Positions 46,533 to 55,930 of a stretch of 64,000 nt of DNA are shown one piece after another. Source of the DNA: Candidatus Bathyarchaeia archaeon (GTDB lineage Archaea > Thermoproteota > Bathyarchaeia > Bathyarchaeales > Bathycorpusculaceae). A program made the position numbers and the translations under genes. Location: contig JBEKHN010000005.1 in assembly GCA_050012255.1 (NCBI GenBank), forward strand, positions 32,001 through 96,000. The letters run 5' to 3'. The notes beneath the pieces are model-generated. The model searched no databases, had not been told where the DNA came from, and saw nothing but the letters and a program-made list of their open reading frames with translations. How positions within the stretch are numbered: the first letter of the stretch is position 1; each line of letters starts with the position of its first letter.

Positions 46533-47093
46533 TTAGCCAATGTGGCAGCAGGGATTACTCTTTGGGGTCTCGTAGTTTATAATCGAGAATACTTCATACT
46601 TGTCTCCAAGGGATTCCCTCCCGTGAAGATACGCTAGTTCAATTAGAAAGCCCATGCCAACGATCTTTCCGCCCAGTTCTTCAACTAATTCAGCGTTTGC
46701 CTTGATGGTGCCACCTGTCGCCAGCAAATCATCAACAAGCAGAACGTTCTGACCAGGTTCGACAGCATCTTCATGAATCTCGACGGTGTCGGACTCATAT
46801 TCCTTCTGGTAAGTGAGGCTCACGGTTTTTGAAGGCAGTTTTCCTTTCTTTCTGATAGGAACAAAACCAGCTTCAAGTTCATAGGCTAACGCTGCTCCCA
46901 ATATGAAACCTCTGGCCTCACTTGATACTACAACGTCCACTTCTTTGTCCCGAAAATGGTCAGCCAACTGTTTGACGCATTCTCGAAAAGCGTGCTTATC
47001 TTTCAAAAGCGGGGTTATGTCCCAGAAAACTACGCCCTTGAATTCGGGTATTCGCCTTATCTTCGACCTGAGATCCATGTTTTCAATCTTCAT
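46533..47093 (-). CDS. apt: Adenine phosphoribosyltransferase
   Basis: GVVFWDITPLL, EARGFILG, IRKKGKLP, VLLVDDLLATGGT. Confidence 0.93.
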   Translation of the reverse strand: MKIENMDLRSKIRRIPEFKGVVFWDITPLLKDKHAFRECVKQLADHFRDKEVDVVVSSEARGFILGAALAYELEAGFVPIRKKGKLPSKTVSLTYQKEYESDTVEIHEDAVEPGQNVLLVDDLLATGGTIKANAELVEELGGKIVGMGFLIELAYLHGRESLGDKYEVFSIINYETPKSNPCCHIG

Positions 47094-47113
47094 TCCTTTG
47101 TTGCGAGGCCCAT

Positions 47114-47899
47114 TCAGATCAGAGCACTTTTCAACGCGCTCTTGCACTCGCATCGTCTTTCTCTCGGTATGTTTGGAATTGCCTCAGCAATTATGCTCTT
47201 GACTTTTTCCACGTTCGCCCTCATAGTCTTCAAAACTTCATTCGCCGTGACAGGCTGGTCTTTCCACGCGTCGTAGTCAGTTACAGTCGCAATTGAAGAA
47301 TAGCATATCTCCGCTTCTCGAGCAAGAACGCACTCTGGAACAAGAGTCATACCAACGACGTCTGCTCCCCACGTCCTGAACAATCTGGATTCCGCTCTCG
47401 TCGAGAATCTCGGCCCTTCTATACAAACATACGTGCCAACGTTATGAGTGCTGACGTTCATGTCCTCAGCCGCTTCTATCAAAGTTCGCCTTAACTCCGG
47501 ACACATAGGTTCGGCCACTGATATATGGCACACGCGCCTTCGCGTATAAAATGACTGTTCTCGTTTGGTCGTTCTATCTATAAACTGGTCGATGAACACC
47601 ACGTCTCCAGGCTTGCACTCTTCCCTCAGAGAGCCGACCGTTGAAGGCGCAAGTATCCTTTGAACACCGAGTTTTTTCAAAGCAAAAATGTTTGCTCTCG
47701 AATTCACGTCAGTTGGCCTTATCGTATGTTTCCTTGAGTGCCTCGGCAAAAATGCCACGCGTCTACCTCTCAACTCTCCAACCGCAATCGAATCAGAAGG
47801 CGCCCCATAGGGCGTGCGCACCCTTATTTCCTCAACGTTCCTGAGGAGTTTCGGATCGTAGAAACCCGTTCCGCCGATGATTCCGATCTCTGCCCGCAT
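47114..47899 (-). CDS. mtnP: S-methyl-5'-thioadenosine phosphorylase
   Basis: [41 protein letters not shown]. Confidence 0.94.
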   Translation of the reverse strand: MRAEIGIIGGTGFYDPKLLRNVEEIRVRTPYGAPSDSIAVGELRGRRVAFLPRHSRKHTIRPTDVNSRANIFALKKLGVQRILAPSTVGSLREECKPGDVVFIDQFIDRTTKREQSFYTRRRVCHISVAEPMCPELRRTLIEAAEDMNVSTHNVGTYVCIEGPRFSTRAESRLFRTWGADVVGMTLVPECVLAREAEICYSSIATVTDYDAWKDQPVTANEVLKTMRANVEKVKSIIAEAIPNIPRERRCECKSALKSALI

Positions 47900-47999
47900 G
47901 AGAATTCATTTTCATTCTCAATTTATAAGAATAGCGACGGCAACATCAACAGTTCCCTATTAGACACCGATGTGCCTGAACAGACTAAGAATATAGACA

Positions 48000-48380
48000 C
48001 TACAATCGAGGCGAGAGTGATCTCGAAAACTCTTTGGCGACAATGAACACGATGCTGCAAACAACGTCACAGTCAAGGTCGTTCTCCTTGACAATGTCCT
48101 CCGAACTCTTTCTCACAGAAAAAACTACCCTTATAGCCGCGCTTTCGCAAGCAGGATCATTCGTCAACTGATGCACAAGGGTACTCATTCGTTTTGAAGC
48201 GTTCTGCAATTGCTTCTTGGTCACCAGATTACATTTCATCTCAAGGCGCTTCATCAAGTATTCTTGGATTTCCGCTTCTCTTGTCTTCCGCATATAATCC
48301 CCGAACACTCTCACTAAGGAACGCCATTCTGCACTAGTACATCCCACGCATTTCGACGTGTGTGGCGCGTTCCAAAGCAT
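48000..48380 (-). pseudogene. Hypothetical ORF or possible C-terminal gene fragment
   Basis: 126-aa helical-looking ORF starting 5 nt from a GCGCGC motif (48386-48391); family not recognised. Confidence 0.35.
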
Positions 48381-48800
48381 TGTTAGCGCGCATGCTTGTT
48401 CCTAAATTCCGTTCAAGAGGGAGGCATGGCGTTTTCCAATGGTCGATGGTTACTGTCACGGTTCGAGTGGGTGCTTGCGTGCTCACACCCTCCCCCCGGG
48501 GATCCTATATGACCCAAATATGATTGAAGAGCAAAATGAGCAGCACAAGGTACTTCCCGAAAGAATTCAGGAATACGCTAGCGCGCCAGCTTTTGGATTG
48601 TGCACGCCAACTGAACAGAAAAATGGGGTTTGCGGGAGAACACGGAAATTGAATTTCCGAAATCTCGACTCGGAATATGGATTCTGGGTTCTGAAATGCC
48701 TTATCCAGAAGGTGAAAATGTATGAATATGGCAAAAGTGAAAGACTGGCTTTCTGCAATTCGGCGCGCGCCATATTGGTATACTACAAGAGGTGATATCG

Positions 48801-51332
48801 ATGCGGCGGCTTGATCGATTGCGATCCTCTTACTTCGTAATAGTTATCTTGATCTTTGGCTCCCTTTCAGCAAGCTCATCTTCGTACCAAACCTCCCCAC
48901 TCGCATTGGCACAGCCACCTCAACCCCCCTCTATTGGCGTGAACCTCGTGAACACTACGTACAGAATAGCTCCGTCCAACCGTAGTGGATGGCTGTCTAC
49001 AGGTCAGTCAGCGGAGATAATGCTGTCAGGAATCGATTTCAACAATACAGGGGGACCCCTGCTCTTCAACCATCCTGCCGGGATAGCCACCGACGGACAG
49101 CACTTGTTAGTTGTTGACAGGAACAACAACAGAATACTCATGTGGAACACGATCCCCGCGTCCAACTCCCCGCCAGACCTAGTCCTCGGCCAGAAAAACT
49201 TCTACGCCAACAACCCGGGGCACGGGCTGGACGGGCTGAACTGGCCCAGCCAAGTCTCAACCGGCGGGGGAAAGGTGGTTGTGGCCGATTCCTACAACAG
49301 CCGCATCCTGATCTGGAACACCTTTCCTACCGAGAACGGCCAGCCGGCGGACCTGGAGCTGGTCGGCCAAGGCGACCAAAACAAACTTGCCGACATTAAC
49401 TGGCCGTGGGGCGCTTGGACTGACGGGACGAAGCTGGTCGTGTCCAGCACGGGCAGGAGCCTCGTCCTGATCTGGAACGCCTTTCCCACCCGGAACAACC
49501 AATCCGCCGACATCTACCTCACGGCGTTGGGAAAGTTTGGGACGCCCAGAATGATAACCAGCGACGGCGAGCACTTGATGGTCGGCGATCACAACGCCAA
49601 GGTTTCATCGCCAGATGTTGGCGGGACATTCGTCTGGAACACTTTCCCAACCGAGAACGACCAACCCTACGATTACTTTGCAGCCGCCTCTTCCGCGTGG
49701 GGGGCAATGAACGGGTTCAGTTTTGCACGTGGTGTCATCCTCCCCGACGGGCGGACTATTCTGCTCGGGGAGGTCCTTTACATCTTCAACTCGTTCCCGC
49801 AGAATGACAGCGTCACGCCGGATGTGATGATTAGCGGGGCGGCGGACACAAGTTTCAGCGGGGGGGATGGCTCCGATGTTGCCGTCGTGGGCACGAGCCT
49901 CTTCCTTTCACTGTACAACCCTAACAAGATAGTCGTGTTCAACAGCATCCCAACAAGCGCAGATGCGTCACCAGATTTCGTGATCGGCGCCCCCGACCTT
50001 TCCGTCAACACCCTCGCCGCCAACTACTTCTTCACGAATCCGGAACCGGCAACGGACGGCAGAAGCCTGTTCGTCGCATCGGATTTCGACAGCAAACTGT
50101 ACGTGTACAGGCACCTGCCAGACCAGTCCAACGCCTACCCCGACGTTGTCTACGATTTCAGGGGCGTTAACTTCCCGCCTTGGGCCATCTGCCTTTACAA
50201 TGGGACGTTGGCGCTCGCAGGAAGGCAGGACGTGTACATCTGGACCGAAACACCCTTGGACGGACAACTTCCCAACATTCACTTCTCAGGGGGCATCGGC
50301 AACGCGACCTTCCAAGACCTGAGAGGCGTGGCGCTAGACTCAGAGCATTTCTACCTAGCCGACAAAGGAGCTGGGAAAATCTATGTCTGGAACAGCATCC
50401 CATCGAACGATAGCGTAAGCCCAGCCATCACACTGTCCACCGACGGACCAACGAGGCTTTCGAGCGATGGAGAGTACTTGGCAGTCGCTGCGACGGAGAG
50501 CGGGCCCAGGGGATCAGTCAGGATATACAACCTCTCAACCTTCGGCACCGACTCGCAACCAGTGAACCTAGGGGGAATAAACCAGCCGCAGCTGGCCACG
50601 TTCAACCTTCCACAGGAGGCAGTCGTCGCTCAGGGGCATCTTTTCGTTGCGGACACGGGCTTCAACCGGGTTCTGGTGTGGAGCAACATCACAAGCGCGC
50701 TCGGCGGCGCCGGCGCTGACATCGTCCTGGGCTGCACTGGGGACACCTCAACCTGCAGAAACGACCCGGAGATCGGGAGGGACAGGTTGTTCTGGCCCGC
50801 GGGCATCACGTTTGACGGCAACTATCTTTGGATAGGCGAGTTCAAGTTCTCGGGCAGATTGCTGAGGTTGGGCGTTGGTGCCACCCCGTCGTCCGTGCCG
50901 AGAACCGAGCTCTACAACATTCAAACGGGAGCCCAATCTTTCATTGCGAGCTTGGAAACGAACTCAAGTACCTCTGCGTTGGAGTTCTCGTTTTCGACCA
51001 AAAGCATTAACGTGAACAGTTCGTCCCCGGCGGTCTCTTACGTTAACGCAACGTTCCCATCAAGCCTCTTGGGTGGAACGCTTGCCGCGTACGTGGATGG
51101 ATCTTCCGTAACCCCCGCTATTTGTCAAGGTAGCACTGACACATCCGTATACCTAACCGTCCCATCCGGGGATCACACTATGCGAATCACCGGTACTGAG
51201 GCTGTTCCCGAGTTCACGGGGCCCGTCCTGGTTTGCATACTGCTCGTGTCAACCGTCTTGGGGGCGATTTTTTCAATATTATTCAAGACGAAATCGGTTC
51301 AGAAAGATAGAAGAAGACACGAAAAAGACTGA
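48801..51332 (+). CDS. Surface NHL-repeat (beta-propeller) protein with PEF-CTERM-like anchor
   Basis: Signal peptide; repeats such as P.GIATDG..LLVVDRNNNRILMWN, VADSYNSRILIWN, VADTGFNRVLVW; C-term AVPEF-TM-basic. Confidence 0.88.
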   Translation: MRRLDRLRSSYFVIVILIFGSLSASSSSYQTSPLALAQPPQPPSIGVNLVNTTYRIAPSNRSGWLSTGQSAEIMLSGIDFNNTGGPLLFNHPAGIATDGQHLLVVDRNNNRILMWNTIPASNSPPDLVLGQKNFYANNPGHGLDGLNWPSQVSTGGGKVVVADSYNSRILIWNTFPTENGQPADLELVGQGDQNKLADINWPWGAWTDGTKLVVSSTGRSLVLIWNAFPTRNNQSADIYLTALGKFGTPRMITSDGEHLMVGDHNAKVSSPDVGGTFVWNTFPTENDQPYDYFAAASSAWGAMNGFSFARGVILPDGRTILLGEVLYIFNSFPQNDSVTPDVMISGAADTSFSGGDGSDVAVVGTSLFLSLYNPNKIVVFNSIPTSADASPDFVIGAPDLSVNTLAANYFFTNPEPATDGRSLFVASDFDSKLYVYRHLPDQSNAYPDVVYDFRGVNFPPWAICLYNGTLALAGRQDVYIWTETPLDGQLPNIHFSGGIGNATFQDLRGVALDSEHFYLADKGAGKIYVWNSIPSNDSVSPAITLSTDGPTRLSSDGEYLAVAATESGPRGSVRIYNLSTFGTDSQPVNLGGINQPQLATFNLPQEAVVAQGHLFVADTGFNRVLVWSNITSALGGAGADIVLGCTGDTSTCRNDPEIGRDRLFWPAGITFDGNYLWIGEFKFSGRLLRLGVGATPSSVPRTELYNIQTGAQSFIASLETNSSTSALEFSFSTKSINVNSSSPAVSYVNATFPSSLLGGTLAAYVDGSSVTPAICQGSTDTSVYLTVPSGDHTMRITGTEAVPEFTGPVLVCILLVSTVLGAIFSILFKTKSVQKDRRRHEKD

Positions 51333-51505
51333 TGCTGAGACTGATAACCTTGGACCAGAGAAAAAGAACTCAGCAATCCAATTTCGTTGTTCGGGAGATA
51401 TCTCCACTGCTTGCGGGGTTACGACCAACACATCAGCCTGCCAGAAGGACGAGCGCGTTCTTGTTTGTTCTTCTCGAATTCGGTGGGATTCGTTCGAATC
51501 GATGG

Positions 51506-52273
51506 TTAAGGTTTGACTCGTCTGAAGGCGACTGTCGCGGCTGCGAAGGCGATGAGACTCTCAACTATGAGTGCTGCTATCTCGATGGGCAGAAGGGGGA
51601 CGTAAACCTGCAGAAGTCCGGCTCTGAGCATGTCTGCAGCGTAGGTTAGAGGATTAGCCAATGAAACGGCTTGAATCGCGAGCGGCGCTTTTTCCAGAGG
51701 GTAGTAGACTGAACTCAGAAACATCAGAGGAGTGAACAACACGTTGAGAATCGCGTTGAACGCCTCGTTGGATTTTATGAACACAGAAATGGCCAGCGTC
51801 AGAGAACCGAAGAAGAGAGCCCCCAACAGAAGCGAGCCGGCAATGTAGAGCACACCCTCGAATGAGATTTTTAGCCCTGCAAGCAACGGAGAGGCGATGA
51901 GAAAAACCAAGAACGCGTTCAGCATTCCCTGAAGCATGATAGAAACCAGCTTGCTGAGTATGTACTGCCACCTGCTGAACGGCCCCACAACTATCTGCGA
52001 GAACATCGCCAGCCTTTTGTCAACCCAAAGCATCGCTCCGGCCATAGACGCGGCAAACATTATCTGCATGACCACCACTCCTGGGGCAAGAAAGAGGACG
52101 TAGCTGATCGCTCCGCTGGCAGCAATCGTTTTTGGATCGATGATAGCTCCATAGACAAACCCGGCGACGAAGATGTAGAACAATGGGGTTACAAGCTGGA
52201 CGGCCATGATGGATTTGGTTGACCAAAGGCCAGCCCTCAGGTCCCTGTACAACAGTCTAAGAAAACTGTTCAT
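51506..52273 (-). CDS. ABC-2 type transporter permease
   Basis: Six TM segments, FLAPGVV, FLSSVYYPL, NPLTYAADMLR. Confidence 0.92.
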   Translation of the reverse strand: MNSFLRLLYRDLRAGLWSTKSIMAVQLVTPLFYIFVAGFVYGAIIDPKTIAASGAISYVLFLAPGVVVMQIMFAASMAGAMLWVDKRLAMFSQIVVGPFSRWQYILSKLVSIMLQGMLNAFLVFLIASPLLAGLKISFEGVLYIAGSLLLGALFFGSLTLAISVFIKSNEAFNAILNVLFTPLMFLSSVYYPLEKAPLAIQAVSLANPLTYAADMLRAGLLQVYVPLLPIEIAALIVESLIAFAAATVAFRRVKP

Positions 52274-53225
52274 TGCGTTTCACTCCCTTCGAATTCACCA
52301 TCTGAACGAACACGTCATCCAGTGATGGTTCCTCTATCCTGAGTTCTGTTATACGCGCTCCGAGGGTCGTTGCAGCATCGATTATTCTGGGCATCACCAC
52401 GTTCGCATCTTCTGCATACAACTTCAACGGCTCGTCCCTCTGCTGCGGAGGGACAATTTTCTGAACGCCAGGCAAACTCTGCAGTTTTCGGTCCAAATCG
52501 CTAGTGTACTCAGCGAAACGCAGATGAATAACGCTTACCGCTCCAAATCTGTGCTTAACATTCTTTATCGTGTCCAAGGCCAGGATCTGTCCGTGGTTGA
52601 TTATGGCGATTCTGTCACAAACGTACTCGGCTTCCTCCATTATGTGCGTCGTGAAGAAAACGGTCACACCGTTTCTCACCTTCTCGCGCACGAATTCCAA
52701 GGTTACTCTTCTGGCCTGAGGGTCCAAGCCGGTCGTGGGTTCGTCTAGAAACATGAGCCCAGAATCGTGCATGAACTCTCTCGCAACCTGCAGACGCCTT
52801 CTCTGCCCAATTGACAGTTCAGGCGCATGCGTCTTCCGCGCCTCCTCCAAACCAAACTTGTCGAGAAGAAGCTCGATCCTCTCCTTTCTCTCCTTCTTGG
52901 GCACGTTCCACAAAAGCCCGTACAGGTCAAGATTTCCTTCCACACTCAGCGCATGCTCGTAGCTCGGCTCCTGCTGCACGACGCCTATCCTAGGCCTAAT
53001 CTTGCCTCCTTCAGAAACAACGTCAAACCCAAGGACAGTGGCCTTACCGCTCGTGGGTCGCAAGAGCGTGGTCAACATCTTTATAGTCGTTGATTTGCCC
53101 GCGCCGTTTGGGCCCAGAAAACCGAAAACCTCACCCTTCTCAACGTTGAAAGAAACGTGGTCAACAGCCACAAGGCTACCATAACGCATCGTCAGTTCGC
53201 TTGTTTCAATGCAAACCTGTGGCAA
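52257..53225 (-). CDS. ABC transporter ATP-binding protein (DrrA-like)
   Basis: GPNGAGKST, LSIGQRRR, FLDEPTTGLDP, TTH, EPSLDDVF. Confidence 0.94.
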   Translation of the reverse strand: MPQVCIETSELTMRYGSLVAVDHVSFNVEKGEVFGFLGPNGAGKSTTIKMLTTLLRPTSGKATVLGFDVVSEGGKIRPRIGVVQQEPSYEHALSVEGNLDLYGLLWNVPKKERKERIELLLDKFGLEEARKTHAPELSIGQRRRLQVAREFMHDSGLMFLDEPTTGLDPQARRVTLEFVREKVRNGVTVFFTTHIMEEAEYVCDRIAIINHGQILALDTIKNVKHRFGAVSVIHLRFAEYTSDLDRKLQSLPGVQKIVPPQQRDEPLKLYAEDANVVMPRIIDAATTLGARITELRIEEPSLDDVFVQMVNSKGVKRNEQFS

Positions 53226-53521
53226 TCTACTCCACCGATGAAATCAGACTGTGGTCAGTGCTCAATAGCGTTGTGGAAAGAAGTGGTCACCGCCCATGAG
53301 GAATCGGACGAGATGTGGTCACTGGAACTACTCCAGCGTTGACTCTGCTTTGTGCCCGGAATCTAGCAGGTTGCACGTGATGATGGCCAGGTTTTTCGAT
53401 GGGGCTGGTTTTGAGCTGCCGAAGGGCGGAATATTCCACTTTTTGATACATATCGGGATTTGAAAGAAATGTTATCTTGAGATTCGCGATATAAGTCCAT
53501 GATGACACAGGTGTCGACGGC

Positions 53522-53758
53522 ATGAAGAAACAGAAAAAGGCCACACTGCGCAACGTTGAAACCATCGATAGTATGAAGCTCGGCTGGAAAGTCGAAAGAC
53601 AAGTCCAACAGGAAATTCTACAAAAGAAGCTAATGCAATGTTTCTTAGAGCCAAGCGAGGGGCACGCGTGCATCGCCCGATACCCAGAAGCTATGCAGCC
53701 GATGATTGAGGATTTCATGCGAAAGGCAGAGAAGCAAACCAGACTCAACGGAACATAG
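53522..53758 (+). CDS. Small hypothetical protein
   Basis: 78-aa ORF, AGGTG upstream, followed by a GCGCGC motif at 53772. Confidence 0.5.
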   Translation: MKKQKKATLRNVETIDSMKLGWKVERQVQQEILQKKLMQCFLEPSEGHACIARYPEAMQPMIEDFMRKAEKQTRLNGT

Positions 53759-53961
53759 CGTAGTCTAGCAAGCGCGCACAACTCCTTGGCAAAACTAGTT
53801 CCTGAAGTTTTCAGATTTTTGACAGACTGCTAGGTCTTTGCTGGTTGTCGTTCTCTCTTCTTCATCTTATTGTAGAGGTGTTCAAACGACCCGTGGAGTT
53901 GTAGCCCACGACGAGTGAAAACGCGACACAGGAAACATTAACACGCGCGCTTTCAGTGCTT

Positions 53962-54918
53962 CTAAAGCCCTAAGGAACGGACAACGTTCTTCACGATCGT
54001 GGCGGATTCTCGGAATTCTGTCTTCTCCTTCTCGTCTAAGGGGAGTTCTATGACCTCCTTCACGCCTTCTCGGCTCAGGACCACTGGGACGCTTAGGCAG
54101 ACGTCGCTGACACCGTGATAGTCTTCCAAGAGACAGGACACCGTCACCACCGCGTTCTCGTTTCGAAGTATGCTTTCCACGATCTTCGTCATTCCCAGGG
54201 CGACCGCGTAGAACGTTCTGCCCTTCCGCCTTATGATCTCGACCCCGGCGCTTCTCACCTTCAAGAAAAGGCTGTTGAAATCTTCCATGTTGTACGGAAC
54301 TTTACATATCGGGCAATAGTCTTTCAGCCTGATTCCCGCAACGTTTGCCAGGCTCCACACTGGCACTTCGCTGTCGCCGTGTTCACCGATGATGTAAGCG
54401 TGCACGTTCCTAGGGTCGACTTGAAGGTACTCGCCGAGCAGGTAGCGAAGCCGCGCCGTGTCCAAGATCGTCCCAGACCCGATCACCCTGTTCTTGGGCA
54501 GCCCGGACAGTTTGAGAGCCGCGTAAGTCATAACGTCCAGCGGGTTGGTCACCACGAGCAGGATGCACTCCTTGTTGTACCTCGTGATGCTTGGAACTAT
54601 CTGCTTCAAAACCTGAAAGTTGCCGTCGGCCAGCTCTAGCCTTGACTGTTCAATCTTCTGTCCCTTGTCCACTGCGATGACCACTATGTCAGCGCCCTCA
54701 CAGTCAGAATAGTCGCCTGCCCAAATCCTAGTCGGGTACGCGAAGGGTAGACCATGGTTCAGATCCATAACCTCCCCCTCAGCTCGCTCCCTGTTAACGT
54801 CTATGACCGCGATCTGAGAAGCCAACCCTCGAATCAACAGGGAGTAGGCAAACGTCGACCCCACGAAACCCGCGCCAACAACCACGATTTTCGGACCATC
54901 AACATGCTGGGTTACCAA
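53962..54918 (-). CDS. ldh: L-lactate dehydrogenase
   Basis: VGAGFVG, GEVMDLNHG, Q..SRLEL substrate loop, TNPLD, GSGTILDTARLR, GEHGDS; GGAGG upstream of TTG 54918. Confidence 0.88.
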   Translation of the reverse strand: MVTQHVDGPKIVVVGAGFVGSTFAYSLLIRGLASQIAVIDVNRERAEGEVMDLNHGLPFAYPTRIWAGDYSDCEGADIVVIAVDKGQKIEQSRLELADGNFQVLKQIVPSITRYNKECILLVVTNPLDVMTYAALKLSGLPKNRVIGSGTILDTARLRYLLGEYLQVDPRNVHAYIIGEHGDSEVPVWSLANVAGIRLKDYCPICKVPYNMEDFNSLFLKVRSAGVEIIRRKGRTFYAVALGMTKIVESILRNENAVVTVSCLLEDYHGVSDVCLSVPVVLSREGVKEVIELPLDEKEKTEFRESATIVKNVVRSLGL

Positions 54919-55001
54919 CCTCAACTCCTCCACTTTTCTTAAACCATCTGTCACTCTAACAGGATATCGTTGGCTGCACCTTATAAATCGACGCAAAACT
55001 C

Positions 55002-55667
55002 TCAAGCGAAGGTGAAGGCAGATCTACACAGCTTGTTTAAAACGCACAATTCACACTTAGGCTTCTTCGCATTGCAGACTCTTCTTCCAAGAAAGATAAG
55101 CAGGTCCGTTATCCTCATCCACTTCTCCCTCGGCACAATGGTCATCAAGTCCTGTTCTATCTTCTCCGGGTCCTCATTGGCCGTAAGTCCAAGTCTTGCT
55201 GCAACTCTTCGCACGTGAGTGTCAACGGCTATTCCTTCAACAACACCGTACGCGTTCTGAAGAACTATGTTAGCCGTTTTCCTAGCAACACCGGGCAACT
55301 CAAGAATCTCCTCCATCGTCTTCGGAACGTGAGAGTTGAACATTTGAACCAGCATTTCCCCAGCGTTCTTGATGTTTCTCGCCTTGTTCCTGTAGAAGCC
55401 CGTCGACCTTATCTCCCTTTCAAGCTCAGCTAAGTCGGCTTTTGCATAGTCCTCTGCTTTCCTGTACTTCTTGAAAAGCGACTCTGTCACAATGTTAACC
55501 CTTTCATCTGTGCATTGCGCGGAAAGAATGGTAGCGACCAGAAGCTCAATAGGGTTAGTGTAGTTCAGAGCTATCTTGGCGTCGGGAAACTCCTTCTCCA
55601 GAAGACCGATTATCCTCAACGCTCTGCGCTTGTTTTCCTTCTCCGTAAACTTTGTCTTATCCTTCAT
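55002..55667 (-). CDS. nth: Endonuclease III
   Basis: LSAQCTDERVN, LPGVARKTAN, AVDTHV, C-x6-C-x2-C-x5-C. Confidence 0.95.
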   Translation of the reverse strand: MKDKTKFTEKENKRRALRIIGLLEKEFPDAKIALNYTNPIELLVATILSAQCTDERVNIVTESLFKKYRKAEDYAKADLAELEREIRSTGFYRNKARNIKNAGEMLVQMFNSHVPKTMEEILELPGVARKTANIVLQNAYGVVEGIAVDTHVRRVAARLGLTANEDPEKIEQDLMTIVPREKWMRITDLLIFLGRRVCNAKKPKCELCVLNKLCRSAFTFA

Positions 55668-55760
55668 CTTCTTGCCACTTTTCAGTGGTCTGCCTTGCCT
55701 AAAAGGTTTACAGAAAACTTTTACACTTAACTCGCTAACCTAGCTTAGAGGTGATGGCCC

Positions 55761-55910
55761 ATGGAAACCAAGCTCTCGGTTGACGGTGAAGAGATCGCCC
55801 TGAACGAATTCGTCAGCAAGATTCTCGGCGGAACCGTTGTGGGCGCAGTGACGTCCCTGCGAGGGATAAACAAAGCCTGGAAAAGAATCGAAATAAGAGT
55901 CACAAAGTGA
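55761..55910 (+). CDS. Small protein resembling the C-terminal domain of MobB
   Basis: METKLSVDGEEIALNEFVSKILGGTVVGAVTSLRGINKAWKRIEIRVTK*; SD GAGGTGA; missed by the ORF track. Confidence 0.72.
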   Translation: METKLSVDGEEIALNEFVSKILGGTVVGAVTSLRGINKAWKRIEIRVTK

Positions 55911-55930
55911 ACGATGATTCCTGTTTTGTC

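Larger units (their letters stand above)
2977..53950. repeat. Dispersed palindromic motif (TA)GCGCGC(GC)(TA), about 25 copies
   Basis: Exact GCGCGC starts at 2977, 4194, 4296, 20785, 21414, 21572, 25252, 25589, 25917, 26181, 26315, 30989, 31139, 31423, 31531, 33362, 35660, 35862, 39645, 45182, 48386, 48581, 48763, 53772, 53945; near-matches around 2385, 4441, 20733, 26500, 27536, 33626, 36405. Confidence 0.85.
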
